This document shows positions 20,943 to 30,534 of a stretch of DNA of 64,000 nucleotides, one piece after another. Source of the DNA: Candidatus Melainabacteria bacterium 17Bon1m (GTDB lineage Bacteria; Cyanobacteriota; Vampirovibrionia; Obscuribacterales; Obscuribacteraceae); contig JAVLKG010000004.1 of NCBI GenBank assembly GCA_032128875.1, forward strand, positions 256,001 to 320,000, read 5' to 3'. Both the position numbers and the translations under genes were made by a program. A model generated the notes under the pieces. That model ran no database searches, had not been told where the DNA came from, and saw only the letters and a program-made list of their open reading frames with translations. Position 1 is the first letter of the stretch. Each line of letters opens with the position of its first letter.

Positions 20943-21132
20943 GAATCTATCCGTCTCTGCCAAAGTGCCTTGATCTAAATTATTGTGACTTTTGGGCCCG
21001 GGGAGCCCCTTTTAAAATTAGACCTTTACTGTGAACAGGATGTGAACACAGTCCTAGTGGAGCCTTGCAGGGTTTTTATTCTTTTCTCTCAGTGAAATTC
21101 GCACCGTCCTCTTCCTCGCTGTAAAATAAAGT

Positions 21133-21837
21133 ATGGCCAAGATTCTTGTAGTTGAAGATGACGCTGATCTGTCTGAGGTTTTGCGCATCACACTCTCCAA
21201 CAAAGGGCATTCTGTGAAGGCTTTAAGTGGAGGCAAAGATGCGTTGCCGATGCTGCGTGTTTATAAATATGACCTGATAATCCTCGATTGGATGATGCCG
21301 GATGTCAGTGGAGTTGATGTTTTAAAAGCCTTTCGGGAGAGTGGTGGCAAAACTCCTGTTCTTATGTTGACCGCGAAGACTACCGTTGATGATAAGGAAA
21401 AAGCTCTCGATCTTGGCGCTGACGACTATTTGACAAAACCCTTTCACGCCCGTGAGCTTCTTGCTCGGGTGCGTGCGCTTTTGCGCAGACCACAGTCAAT
21501 GGCGCAAACGATTTTGCGCGCTGGTGATCTGGAGTTGGACCCTGTCAGTTGTACTGTGCTAAAGGATGGAAAGCCTCTGAAGCTGCGCCCAAAGGTCTAC
21601 AGCATGTTGGAATTCTTCATGCGTCATCCTAACCAGGTCTTTAGTCCTGAAGCAATTCTGGATCGTGTTTGGATGGATGATTCTACTGCTTCACCAGATA
21701 CGGTGCGTACGCATATCAAGCTCTTGCGGCGCTCAATTGACAGTTCGGATGGCGAATCTTTCATTGAGAATGTGCGTAATCGCGGATATCTCATGAGAAT
21801 TGAGGGCGCTGTTAGTGAAAGCCCGGACATCTCCTAG
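21133..21837 (+). CDS. OmpR-family response regulator
   Basis: ILVVEDD, LDWMMP, LTAK, GADDYLTKPF, C-terminal winged helix. Confidence 0.95.
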   Translation: MAKILVVEDDADLSEVLRITLSNKGHSVKALSGGKDALPMLRVYKYDLIILDWMMPDVSGVDVLKAFRESGGKTPVLMLTAKTTVDDKEKALDLGADDYLTKPFHARELLARVRALLRRPQSMAQTILRAGDLELDPVSCTVLKDGKPLKLRPKVYSMLEFFMRHPNQVFSPEAILDRVWMDDSTASPDTVRTHIKLLRRSIDSSDGESFIENVRNRGYLMRIEGAVSESPDIS

Positions 21838-21855
21838 AGTTGGCGGTTTGGTTCG

Positions 21856-22989
21856 TTATCCAAAGATTTCAAACCAGAATGACGAGCCTTCGCCGACAAC
21901 GCTCGAAACACCGATGTTTCCGCCGTGTAATTCGACAATTGCTTTACAGATGGCTAGTCCTAATCCAGAGCCGCCTTTCTTTCTTGTATCGGAAGAATCT
22001 AGCTGTTGAAAGCGAACGAACAGCTTATCCATTTGCTCGCTGGGAATACCAGGACCCCTATCGCTTACTGAAAAACGAATGGTATCAGGAGCGGGAGCTT
22101 CCAAGGTGATGATAACGCGGCTGTTTGGAGGCGAAAATTTGATCGCGTTTGCCGTCAAATTGCTCAGTACTTGAATGATGCGATCTTGATCGGCAAAAAG
22201 ATCGTGATGTGTCATTATCCGTGGTTCAAGCACAATGCCTTTTGCTTCTGCCGTCGCTTGAAGTTCGTTGATTGCAGACACGATCGCCTGTGCCGGATCG
22301 AAAGTCGCCAGGCTGAGTTTGAACTTCCCGGCTTCCAGCTTTTTCCAATCCAGAATGTCGTTTATCAACCGCATTAGCCTGTTGGAATTATCTACGGCGA
22401 TTCGCACCAAGCGCATCACTTGCGCATTGACTTTTCCTGCGGTCCCGTCTTCAACAGCAGTAAGTGCACCATGAATAGATGAAAGTGGTGTGCGCAGTTC
22501 ATGAGAGATTACTGAGTAAAACTCTTGCACTCGTTTTTCGGAATCAATGCGCGCGGTTACATCGTTTTGCACGCCGACAAAGTTGATGACGCGCCCGTTT
22601 TCATCCTTCACCGGCGAGATGGTTAGTTCGTTCCAAAAAAGTGTTCCGTTTCTTTTGTAGTTTCTTAAAATGGTCGTGATAGGCATTTCTTTGCTGATTG
22701 CCTCACGTACCTCTTTGACTGCAACTTGTTCTCTGTCGTCACGTTGCAAAAACCTGCAGTTCCGCCCAATTATTTGCTCGGACGCATATCCCGTCAATTG
22801 AGAAAATGCAGGATTTGAGTAGATAATCGGATTGTCAGTGCGCAGCGGATCGGTGATTACGATTCCATTCCTAGCGCACTCCACCGCGCGAAACAACAGC
22901 GGCAAATGATCTTTACGTCCAGGCAAAAAGTCGGTGTGACTGTTTTCGTTGAACGTTTTTGCTTTCAATTCACCGTTTTCTTCCGGCAC
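21856..22989 (-). CDS. LOV-domain sensor histidine kinase (cytoplasmic)
   Basis: DNPIIYSNPAF...GRNCRFLQ...NYKRNG..FWN...GVQND; SHELRTPL H-box; N, G1 and G2 boxes. Confidence 0.93.
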   Translation of the reverse strand: MPEENGELKAKTFNENSHTDFLPGRKDHLPLLFRAVECARNGIVITDPLRTDNPIIYSNPAFSQLTGYASEQIIGRNCRFLQRDDREQVAVKEVREAISKEMPITTILRNYKRNGTLFWNELTISPVKDENGRVINFVGVQNDVTARIDSEKRVQEFYSVISHELRTPLSSIHGALTAVEDGTAGKVNAQVMRLVRIAVDNSNRLMRLINDILDWKKLEAGKFKLSLATFDPAQAIVSAINELQATAEAKGIVLEPRIMTHHDLFADQDRIIQVLSNLTANAIKFSPPNSRVIITLEAPAPDTIRFSVSDRGPGIPSEQMDKLFVRFQQLDSSDTRKKGGSGLGLAICKAIVELHGGNIGVSSVVGEGSSFWFEIFG

Positions 22990-23081
22990 GTGAAGTAATC
23001 CTATTTGTCTTTCTTCTGTTCTCGATCTTTTCTATGTTCTCTATCTTTTCTATCTTTTGTTCACTCTTTGCGTACTTTGGT

Positions 23082-23978
23082 CTAATTTAGCTCGTGTTTT
23101 AAAGCTGATTCCAGATCGGGGTAAGTGAACTTAAAGCCCGAAGTTACCAGCTTGTTTGCACTTACACGGTTGCTGGAAAGAAGCAGTTCTTCGCCCATTT
23201 CGCCAAAGAGCACTTTGACACCAATTGTTGGCACAGGGAAAAATGCCGGGCGATGAATGACCTTTGCGAGCGTCTTCGTGAAGTTTGCATTTGTCTCCGG
23301 ATTTGGTGCTACCAAATTCACCGCACCGCTGGTTTTTCCTACCGTCGCCAGGTATATGAATGCTTTTGCCGCGTCATCTAGATCGATCCAACTCATATAT
23401 TGCTTTCCATCTCCGAGCGGCCCGCCGGCTCCCATAAGAAACGGTGGCAACATCATTTTGAGCGCGCCGCCTTCTTTGCTTAGTACCACTCCCAGTCTAG
23501 CGTGCACTACTCGAAGTCCCTTGGACTCAGCATCGCGCGTGGCATCTTCCCACTCGCGGCAGACTGAGGCCAGAAATCCTTCACCGGTTTTGCTCTCTTC
23601 AGTGAGCATCTCTGCGCCGCGATCACCATAAAACCCGATCGCTGATGCACTGACGAGAACGCATGGTGGATTGTCCATTGCAGCAAGGGTGCTGGCGATT
23701 AGTTTGGTGCCTTTGACTCGACTTTGCTTGATCTTCATTTTCTGTTCTGAAGACCAACGCTTGGACGCAATGCTTTCACCCGCGAGGTGAATAACTGCAT
23801 CTACGCCTTCAAAAGCTTTTGCATCAATTTTCTCGGTGTCTGGATTCCACGAGAATTCATTCTCTGCGTTGCTAACCTTGCGGACGAGCTTGACTACTTG
23901 ATGCCCAGCTGCTTTCAACTCGGCTGTAATTTTTTTGCCTACGAGTCCCGTAGACCCTGTAACTGCGATTTTCATCAC
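23082..23978 (-). CDS. TIGR01777/YfcH-type NAD-dependent epimerase family protein
   Basis: VTGSTGLVG, HLAGESI, SASAIGFYG, VCREWE, RLGVVL. Confidence 0.9.
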   Translation of the reverse strand: MMKIAVTGSTGLVGKKITAELKAAGHQVVKLVRKVSNAENEFSWNPDTEKIDAKAFEGVDAVIHLAGESIASKRWSSEQKMKIKQSRVKGTKLIASTLAAMDNPPCVLVSASAIGFYGDRGAEMLTEESKTGEGFLASVCREWEDATRDAESKGLRVVHARLGVVLSKEGGALKMMLPPFLMGAGGPLGDGKQYMSWIDLDDAAKAFIYLATVGKTSGAVNLVAPNPETNANFTKTLAKVIHRPAFFPVPTIGVKVLFGEMGEELLLSSNRVSANKLVTSGFKFTYPDLESALKHELN

Positions 23979-24060
23979 GCACCTCCGAACTCTAGATGCC
24001 GGTAGTTGGCCATCCTAATATGTTAGTACATCTAGTTAATGAACAATGCGTGAACCGGCT

Positions 24061-25830
24061 TCACACGGCAGCGGTTTCCCGGAATTGAGTTTTGTACAAG
24101 CGGTTATAGAGCCCATCTTTTTGGATCAATTCTTCATGAGTGCCCATTTCGGCAATGCGACCATCGTCTACGACCAAAATTAAATCCGCCTGAATGATGG
24201 TCGACAACCTGTGAGCGATAACCAAGCTCGTGCGCCCCTTTATGAGCGGAGTAAGCGCTTCTTGTATCAATGCCTCATTCTCTGAGTCCAGTGATGACGT
24301 TGCCTCGTCCAGAATCAATATATGAGGATTCTTGAGCAGCACGCGCGCGATGGCCAAGCGTTGGCGTTCGCCTCCACTTAGTTTGTGACCGCGTTCACCA
24401 ACTGTAGTGTCATATCCGTTTTGCAATTTTTCGATGAAACCGTGAATGTTCGCAGCCTTGCAAGCTGCTATCACTTCTTCTTTTGTCGCAGTTGGTCGAG
24501 CATATACAAGGTTGTTGAATATCGTGTCATGGAACAGGTAGGTCTCCTGTGTGACGATGCCGATATTTTCTCGCAGCGAAGAAAGTCTCACATTTCGCAC
24601 GTCTTGTCCGTCTATTGTGATAGTGCCTTCTTGCTGTATATAGAAGCGAGGAAGGAGCATGCTGAGGGTTGTTTTTCCTGCGCCGGACGGACCAACAAGC
24701 GCAACCATCTGTCCTGGTTTCGCCAGGAAAGAAACATCTAGAATTGCCTGTCTGCCATTTGGATAGGTAAAGCTCACATGGTCAAAACGAATCTCGCCGG
24801 CGTCGGCTCTAAGCCTCGGTAAATTTGAATTGTCTTTTTCTTCTTCCATGTCGAGATAGTCGAAGATGCGCTCGAAAACAGCAAGTGCGCTCATCACTTG
24901 AATCTGCACCCCTGCAAGTGATGCGACGGGAGTGTACAACCGACTCAGTAGTGAGACGAAAGTTACTACCAATCCCACCGTGATACCAGAATGAATGCAC
25001 AACCACCCGCCATACAGCCAGATGCAGGCTGGACCCAATATCACCATTGCACTAATCAGTGCCATAAACCAGCGACCGACCATCGCTAGTTTGATTTCCG
25101 ACTTCATCAAGTCAGTACCGAGACGATGATACCGATCATGTTCGAATATTTCGCGGTTAAATGATTTGAGCAAAACAATTCCAGAAACCGAAAGAGTCTC
25201 TTGCCCGATTGCCTGCATTTCATCGCGTTTTTCGCGTGTCGCTTTTCGAATTTCATACATGCGACGACCAACCGGCCAGAGCGGAGCGACCATAAATGGA
25301 AGCACTACCAGTGACATCAAAGACAGTCGCCAATCAAGTAAGAAAATCGTGACGAGGGTTGTGATGATCACTGAGATGTTGATCAGAATCATCACCAATG
25401 TCCCGGACACCAAGCCGTCAATGCTGTCGACATCATTGGTAACACGGTTGATGACTTCACCCGTTTTCGTGCTCGTGAAAAAATCAAGCGGCATTTTGTG
25501 CATGTGCGTCATTAGTTGAATTCGCAAGTCGCGCATGATGCTTTCGCCGACAAAAGAATTCATATAGCCCTGTAGCGCACTGATTCCAGCAGAGACAAGT
25601 GCTGCAACTGCCATGGCTCCAACGATTAAGACCACTGATTGGAAGTTGCCGGAAGGAATGGCTTTATCGATGAGGTTCATTGTCAGGACAGGCGGCAATA
25701 GTCCAAGCAACGCAACTAGAGTTATGCAGCCGATAACTATCGCTTCTTGTTTCCAATACGGCAGGAAGAGACGCCCGAGGCGCTTCCAGTCGACCGCCTT
25801 TTGAACCTTTGGACGTTTTGGGTCGAACAT
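24061..25830 (-). CDS. ABC exporter, fused permease/ATPase
   Basis: Six-TM domain, GPSGAGKT, LSGGERQR, ILDEATSSLD; start taken at MFDPK. Confidence 0.93.
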   Translation of the reverse strand: MFDPKRPKVQKAVDWKRLGRLFLPYWKQEAIVIGCITLVALLGLLPPVLTMNLIDKAIPSGNFQSVVLIVGAMAVAALVSAGISALQGYMNSFVGESIMRDLRIQLMTHMHKMPLDFFTSTKTGEVINRVTNDVDSIDGLVSGTLVMILINISVIITTLVTIFLLDWRLSLMSLVVLPFMVAPLWPVGRRMYEIRKATREKRDEMQAIGQETLSVSGIVLLKSFNREIFEHDRYHRLGTDLMKSEIKLAMVGRWFMALISAMVILGPACIWLYGGWLCIHSGITVGLVVTFVSLLSRLYTPVASLAGVQIQVMSALAVFERIFDYLDMEEEKDNSNLPRLRADAGEIRFDHVSFTYPNGRQAILDVSFLAKPGQMVALVGPSGAGKTTLSMLLPRFYIQQEGTITIDGQDVRNVRLSSLRENIGIVTQETYLFHDTIFNNLVYARPTATKEEVIAACKAANIHGFIEKLQNGYDTTVGERGHKLSGGERQRLAIARVLLKNPHILILDEATSSLDSENEALIQEALTPLIKGRTSLVIAHRLSTIIQADLILVVDDGRIAEMGTHEELIQKDGLYNRLYKTQFRETAAV

Positions 25831-26071
25831 GTTCGACCACATCAGATGTACAGGAGGAACGCCGCTAAACATCGAAAAACCCGGGCAACAGCTATAAGCA
25901 AGGAACAACCACTCATTATTATCCGTTTTTACTCAGATTTGCCGCTTTTTGCCGTCGCGACAGGTGTTATCAGATTCAAAACATTAAGTTGTCAAGCGCA
26001 GTGGTATGAATTAAGGTAATATATCTGGAAATATCCTCAAACCTGGAGTCTGCGTGCCTCTCCGGTCGGAA

Positions 26072-27058
26072 ATGAAGAAATCGGTGACTGCGCTGCGCAT
26101 TATCTGCGTAACGCTCTTGTTTTGTGTGGGATCTGTCGTTGCTATTCCCCGAGCTATTGCAGGGGCGCTGGAGGACGGTGTCGAGCAGTATTACTACAAG
26201 CGATTCCATACCGCAGCCATGTTCTTCGAAGAGGCTTGCGCGAAAGATCCGATGAATTGGAAGCCTCACTTCTACTTAGCCCGTACGCTTGAGCAGTTGC
26301 GGGAGTATGAGGCTGCAAAGGCTGAATTCGAGTATTGCTTTCGCCTCAATCCCTTCAGCAAGGAAGGTCGCCTGGCAAAGCAGGCTGTGTTGGACCTCGC
26401 CACGGATAGAGAGCGCCGCAAAGTCGTTGCCGATGACCCAATGATTGTCCAGCAGGCGCTGCGCCTGTTAAATGCGCAATCGGCTGACGCCAAAAGTCGG
26501 ATTCGCTCAGCTTCGGAACGGACTGCGACCGAACGCATGAGGCTTGCCGCCGAAAGATTGAATATGCGGGTTGAAACCAACCCCAATCGCTACAGGCGTT
26601 GGTATTACCGACCCGATGAGGAGGTCAGCGGTCGAAGCTATATCCAGAACAGTTGGCATCGCAATGATGCCATGCGAGAAGCCGCACTGGCGCGCATGGA
26701 AGGGGTACGTAGGGCGGCGGAAATTCAAAAGTCGGCAAACAATCTGAAGTTGCTGATTGCTGATCCCAGCCACAAGCCCGGCAATGCCAAATTGCGAGCA
26801 CTGGGGACGAACCTGTATGTGCGCTTTTATGGCTCTCCGGAGCGGGACGATGTGCCCGGCGAGGATAAGCCGCTGGAACTTCGAGCAAGGGCGGGGCTGT
26901 TGTCGGACCTGAATTTGAAGTCTGCCAATCCGATAAGAGAGGCGCTCAATGGCATGGGATTTGCCACTCCGAGCAAAGCCAATTTCAAACCGGCACCTCC
27001 TGCGAAGCCAGTCGTACGTCGTGACCCCCGTGCTTACCATCATTTTGGCGATTGGTAA
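26072..27058 (+). CDS. Secreted TPR-containing hypothetical protein
   Basis: Signal peptide; TPR-like HFYLARTLEQL..Y..A..EF..C..LNP; helical C-terminus. Confidence 0.75.
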   Translation: MKKSVTALRIICVTLLFCVGSVVAIPRAIAGALEDGVEQYYYKRFHTAAMFFEEACAKDPMNWKPHFYLARTLEQLREYEAAKAEFEYCFRLNPFSKEGRLAKQAVLDLATDRERRKVVADDPMIVQQALRLLNAQSADAKSRIRSASERTATERMRLAAERLNMRVETNPNRYRRWYYRPDEEVSGRSYIQNSWHRNDAMREAALARMEGVRRAAEIQKSANNLKLLIADPSHKPGNAKLRALGTNLYVRFYGSPERDDVPGEDKPLELRARAGLLSDLNLKSANPIREALNGMGFATPSKANFKPAPPAKPVVRRDPRAYHHFGDW

Positions 27059-27136
27059 CTTGCGCCTGGAGGTGCAAAATAACTTACCAACATGATTCAA
27101 TTCACTAAAGAAAGCTGCGCCTATGGAGAACGGACA

Positions 27137-28387
27137 ATGAAAAGAATGCCGGCTGTCGCTTTGTCGATGATTATTGCGCCGCCTTTGGCGATGGCGCTGT
27201 CATTGGCGGCAATGAGCTCTAGTAATGAGATTCATGCGACGTGTCGAACTCAATCAGCGAATGCAACATCCCAGAGCTGCTGCTCGAAGGCATCTGCGGT
27301 CGGTGCCGCTCTTGATGACGATACTTATCGCAAACTGCAACCGGGTCGGCTCGAAACAGCACGGGAAATCAAGGATGCTGCAGATGCTTTTATTTTGAAA
27401 GGGCGTGATCTGAGCACCAGAATGAACGCTCAGATTGCAGAAGCTGAAAAACTTCAGAAAGAAGCGCACAAGCTTCAAAGCGAAGCAGCGAAGCTGAAAG
27501 CAGAACATCTCGTTTTGATTGCTCAACAGTCGGCTAGTGATAATAAACCATCAGCAGAAATAAAAACCACAAGCGATTTGCCTGCACCTGCTGCGTCAAG
27601 TGAAAAATCTGCTGGTACCGCGGGTGATGCGTCTACAGCGCCGCCGAGTGCAACACCGACCAACGCAACTGTTACCCCTGCCGAAGCACAATTAGGCGAC
27701 GTAAAGCCCGGAGATGCGAAGGCAGGAGATGCAAAGCCAGTCGATGCAAAAATCGGCGATAAAGACGAAAAGCTGACTGGACGCGCATCGACGTTGCAAA
27801 CCAATACGATGCCGAATATTCCATTGATCAGATTGAAAGGTCCTCAATTGCAGCAAGCAATGCGTCAATACAATGTTGATGTTGAGCAATTCAAAATTCA
27901 CGCCGCGGATTACAACAAGCACTACAATTTGTTCAAGTCTCAAATTGGGGAGTGTCACGCAGCAAGAGCAGCTTTTGACGAGCTGCACAAGAAGTACGAG
28001 ATGCACTGCACTGCGTATCATCTCAACAACATCCCACCACCCAGATTGTGCCCACCAATGGCTGGAAGTGTCGCAGAGGCGAACAGTATCGCTGGACAAC
28101 TGAGAAGTGATCAAATGCGCGCGTTACGAGCAGAAGGTCAGCTTCGTCAAGAAGAGGGCAGATTGCGAGAGTTGGAGAATATGCAAGGCACCGCTGACGC
28201 ACTTGTTGTGAAATCGGGAGAGCGCGATCGCCGCGAACGTGAAATCGCGGGTATGTTTGGTCGCTTAAGGCAAGAGTACGATCTGCTCGAAATCGAGCGC
28301 AAGACAATCGAACACAGCAAAAGCGGCAAGCCGGCTGCTCCGATTGCCCGTCCTTCAGTGAAAGGGCAGATCAAGAAAGGCAAGTAG
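27137..28387 (+). CDS. Secreted coiled-coil hypothetical protein
   Basis: GGAG RBS; signal peptide; coiled coils; Ala/Pro/Thr linker; GDAKx repeats; His/Cys cluster. Confidence 0.7.
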   Translation: MKRMPAVALSMIIAPPLAMALSLAAMSSSNEIHATCRTQSANATSQSCCSKASAVGAALDDDTYRKLQPGRLETAREIKDAADAFILKGRDLSTRMNAQIAEAEKLQKEAHKLQSEAAKLKAEHLVLIAQQSASDNKPSAEIKTTSDLPAPAASSEKSAGTAGDASTAPPSATPTNATVTPAEAQLGDVKPGDAKAGDAKPVDAKIGDKDEKLTGRASTLQTNTMPNIPLIRLKGPQLQQAMRQYNVDVEQFKIHAADYNKHYNLFKSQIGECHAARAAFDELHKKYEMHCTAYHLNNIPPPRLCPPMAGSVAEANSIAGQLRSDQMRALRAEGQLRQEEGRLRELENMQGTADALVVKSGERDRREREIAGMFGRLRQEYDLLEIERKTIEHSKSGKPAAPIARPSVKGQIKKGK

Positions 28388-28463
28388 TGACTCCCGATTG
28401 GGAGACAGTTTAAAATACGAGGGCGGTGCACGGCATCGCCCTTTTAACTTAGGAGAGAATTTC

Positions 28464-29642
28464 GTGACCAGCTCAAAGAGAGTCGAAACAAAGTTGATTC
28501 ACGCTGGAGAGTTGCGCCCACGCGTTGCTGGTGCAGTCAACTTGCCAATCTTCCAGTCCGCCACTTATGAGTATGGTGGTGAAGATAACTATCACGATAT
28601 TCGCTACATTCGACTCAACAACACCCCTAATCACATCGTTCTGGGAGAAAAACTTGCAGCAATCGAAGGTGCGGAAGCTGCGATGGTAGCCGCGAGCGGA
28701 ATGGCTGCAATCTCGACTGCGCTGCTCAGTATTCTCAGAGAAGGCGATCATATTTTGCTTCAAGATTGCCTCTATGGTGGCACTCATGATTTCGTCACCA
28801 AAGATCTCCCTGATTTAGGAATTAAATACGATTTCATCGACGCAAGTGATCCCGCATCATGGGAAAAGAAAATTCGAAAAGAGACAAAAGCTATCTATGT
28901 CGAGACGATTGCCAATCCGCTTATGGATGTGCCAGAACTCGCTGCAATAGTCGAGTTTGCACGCAATCACAAGATAATTTCAATTGTCGACAATACATTC
29001 GCCAGCCCGATCAACTTTCGACCAGCAGAAATGGGTTTTGATCTTTCAGTGCATAGTTGCACCAAATATTTGAATGGACACTCTGATATTGTCGGCGGTG
29101 CCTGTATCGGTAAAGCAACATTGGTGAAAAACATCACCAGAAAACTAAATCATCTTGGTGGCACCATGGACCCTCATGCTGCGTTTCTCCTGCATAGAGG
29201 TATGAAAACGCTCGCACTTAGAGTTCGACATCAAAATGAAAGTGCATTGAAAATCGCACGGTATTTGGAGAAACATTCTGCAATTGGCAAAGTAAATTAT
29301 CCAGGTTTGGAAAGTCATCCGGCGCATGCGCGTGCTGCGAAATGGTTCGATGGTTTTGGTGGCATGCTTAGTTTTGTACTTAAAGAGGAAAATGCAGCGA
29401 TTGCAGATAGATTTCTCAAAGCACTTCACTATCCGATTTCCGCGCCAAGTCTAGGAGGCGTGGAAAGTTTGATTACTCGCCCGGCGACAACCTCGCATCT
29501 TGGACTGAGCAAGGACGATAGAAAGAGCATTGGTATCAGTGATTCTTTGATTCGTTTTTCTACAGGAATAGAAGCAACTGAAGACCTTATTGAAGATTTT
29601 GAACAAGCGCTGAAGAAGGCTTCTGCCAAGGTAACGAGTTAA
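28464..29642 (+). CDS. PLP-dependent Cys/Met metabolism enzyme (cystathionine gamma-lyase/synthase family)
   Basis: ASGMAAI, LYGGT, VDNTFASP, HSCTKYLNGHSD (PLP Lys), SLGGVESL; GTG start after AGGAG. Confidence 0.93.
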   Translation: MTSSKRVETKLIHAGELRPRVAGAVNLPIFQSATYEYGGEDNYHDIRYIRLNNTPNHIVLGEKLAAIEGAEAAMVAASGMAAISTALLSILREGDHILLQDCLYGGTHDFVTKDLPDLGIKYDFIDASDPASWEKKIRKETKAIYVETIANPLMDVPELAAIVEFARNHKIISIVDNTFASPINFRPAEMGFDLSVHSCTKYLNGHSDIVGGACIGKATLVKNITRKLNHLGGTMDPHAAFLLHRGMKTLALRVRHQNESALKIARYLEKHSAIGKVNYPGLESHPAHARAAKWFDGFGGMLSFVLKEENAAIADRFLKALHYPISAPSLGGVESLITRPATTSHLGLSKDDRKSIGISDSLIRFSTGIEATEDLIEDFEQALKKASAKVTS

Positions 29643-29821
29643 CCAGATTTTGGAAACAAAAATCGGCAGACACAAGTTAGGCCGCTAGCGGGAACATTTC
29701 AAAGCGAGAAGATTCAATTACCTAGTGATCTGAATTTGTATCTCAGTTCATACAAGTAATTTTCGTCTTAGAGATCTAGATATAAAGCCGCTCGCTGTGC
29801 AGGCGATGAGGAAATTCCCCG

Positions 29822-29851
29822 TTGACAAAAACGGATGGCGGTGTATAGACT
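29822..29851 (+). promoter_or_regulatory. Sigma70-type promoter for the tRNA array transcript
   Basis: Perfect TTGACA (29822-27), 18-nt spacer, TAGACT (29846-51). Confidence 0.6.
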
Positions 29852-29954
29852 GGAAAGACGGGCGGCAATGTGCCGCCTCATTCGTCAGTACAGATCTCTA
29901 TAAATCTCTATTAGATCTGTGCTTGAAGAGAATAGATAACCAAAGGTGATCGAC

Positions 29955-30086
29955 GTGTTTCGCACACTCCTCCAACAACAAGATTATAGAAAGCAGCCGC
30001 AGGGGCTGCATCTTGTGCTGGAAGCAAATTTAGGAGTAGTGCACGATCATGAATATCTTTATCTTCAACATCGACTTTTTAGCTAA
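29955..30086 (+). CDS. Candidate leader peptide (43 aa) upstream of the tRNA array
   Basis: GTG start 5 nt after AAGGTGA; MFRTLLQQQDYRKQPQGLHLVLEANLGVVHDHEYLYLQHRLFS. Confidence 0.35.
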   Translation: MFRTLLQQQDYRKQPQGLHLVLEANLGVVHDHEYLYLQHRLFS

Positions 30087-30271
30087 GTTTTCAAACGCCA
30101 ATATTCAAGCAATTGCCGCGCACATTGCGGGCGTTGCAGCGTTTTGTGCGTTCGCAGCATGCTTTTTCGCATTTGATGCTCTGTTCTACGCAACAGCGGC
30201 AACATTCGTAGCGTTTTCAGCTGTTGCACTAACTTCGGAGTTTACTTCCGCGAAAGCGGAAGTGAGCACGT

Positions 30272-30347
30272 GGTGCTGTAACTCAGTGGACAGAGTGCTG
30301 CGTTGTCAGCGCAGAAGCCGGGGGTTCAATTCCCCCCAGCATCGCCA
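30272..30347 (+). tRNA. tRNA-Asp(GTC)
   Basis: Cloverleaf GGTGCTG/CAGCATC; anticodon arm CTGCG-TTGTCAG-CGCAG; T-loop TTCAATT; G73; encoded CCA. Confidence 0.9.
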
Positions 30348-30348
30348 T

Positions 30349-30424
30349 GGGATAGGTCGTCCAGCGGCTAGGACATTGGTTTGTGAGACCGAAGACACGG
30401 GTTCGATTCCCGTCCAATCCCCCA
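30349..30424 (+). tRNA. tRNA-His(GTG)
   Basis: G-1:C73 pair; anticodon arm TTGGT-TTGTGAG-ACCGA; T-arm ACGGG-TTCGATT-CCCGT; CCA; one A:A mismatch in the acceptor stem. Confidence 0.85.
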
Positions 30425-30427
30425 TAT

Positions 30428-30502
30428 CTGGGCGTAGCTCAGCAGCAGAGCGCTCGTTTTGGAAGCGAGAGGCCGGACGGGCAGCACGTCCCGCCCAGAC
30501 CA
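30428..30502 (+). tRNA. tRNA-Pro(TGG), atypical D/T loops
   Basis: CTGGGCG/CGCCCAG, A73, CCA; CTCGT-TTTGGAA-GCGAG; T-loop GGCAGCA; D-loop lacks GG. Confidence 0.8.
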
Positions 30503-30511
30503 ACTTAGATC

Positions 30512-30534
30512 GTGGGGGCGCGTTGCACGCGCCC
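30512..30534. repeat. REP-like palindrome inside the tRNA array
   Basis: GTGGGGGCGCGTTGCACGCGCCC; 22/23 identical to 4449..4471. Confidence 0.75.

Noticed and set aside
23000-23075. Pyrimidine-rich TCTTTTCTAT-like short repeats upstream of the LOV kinase
   Set aside because: Low complexity and degenerate; no evidence of function
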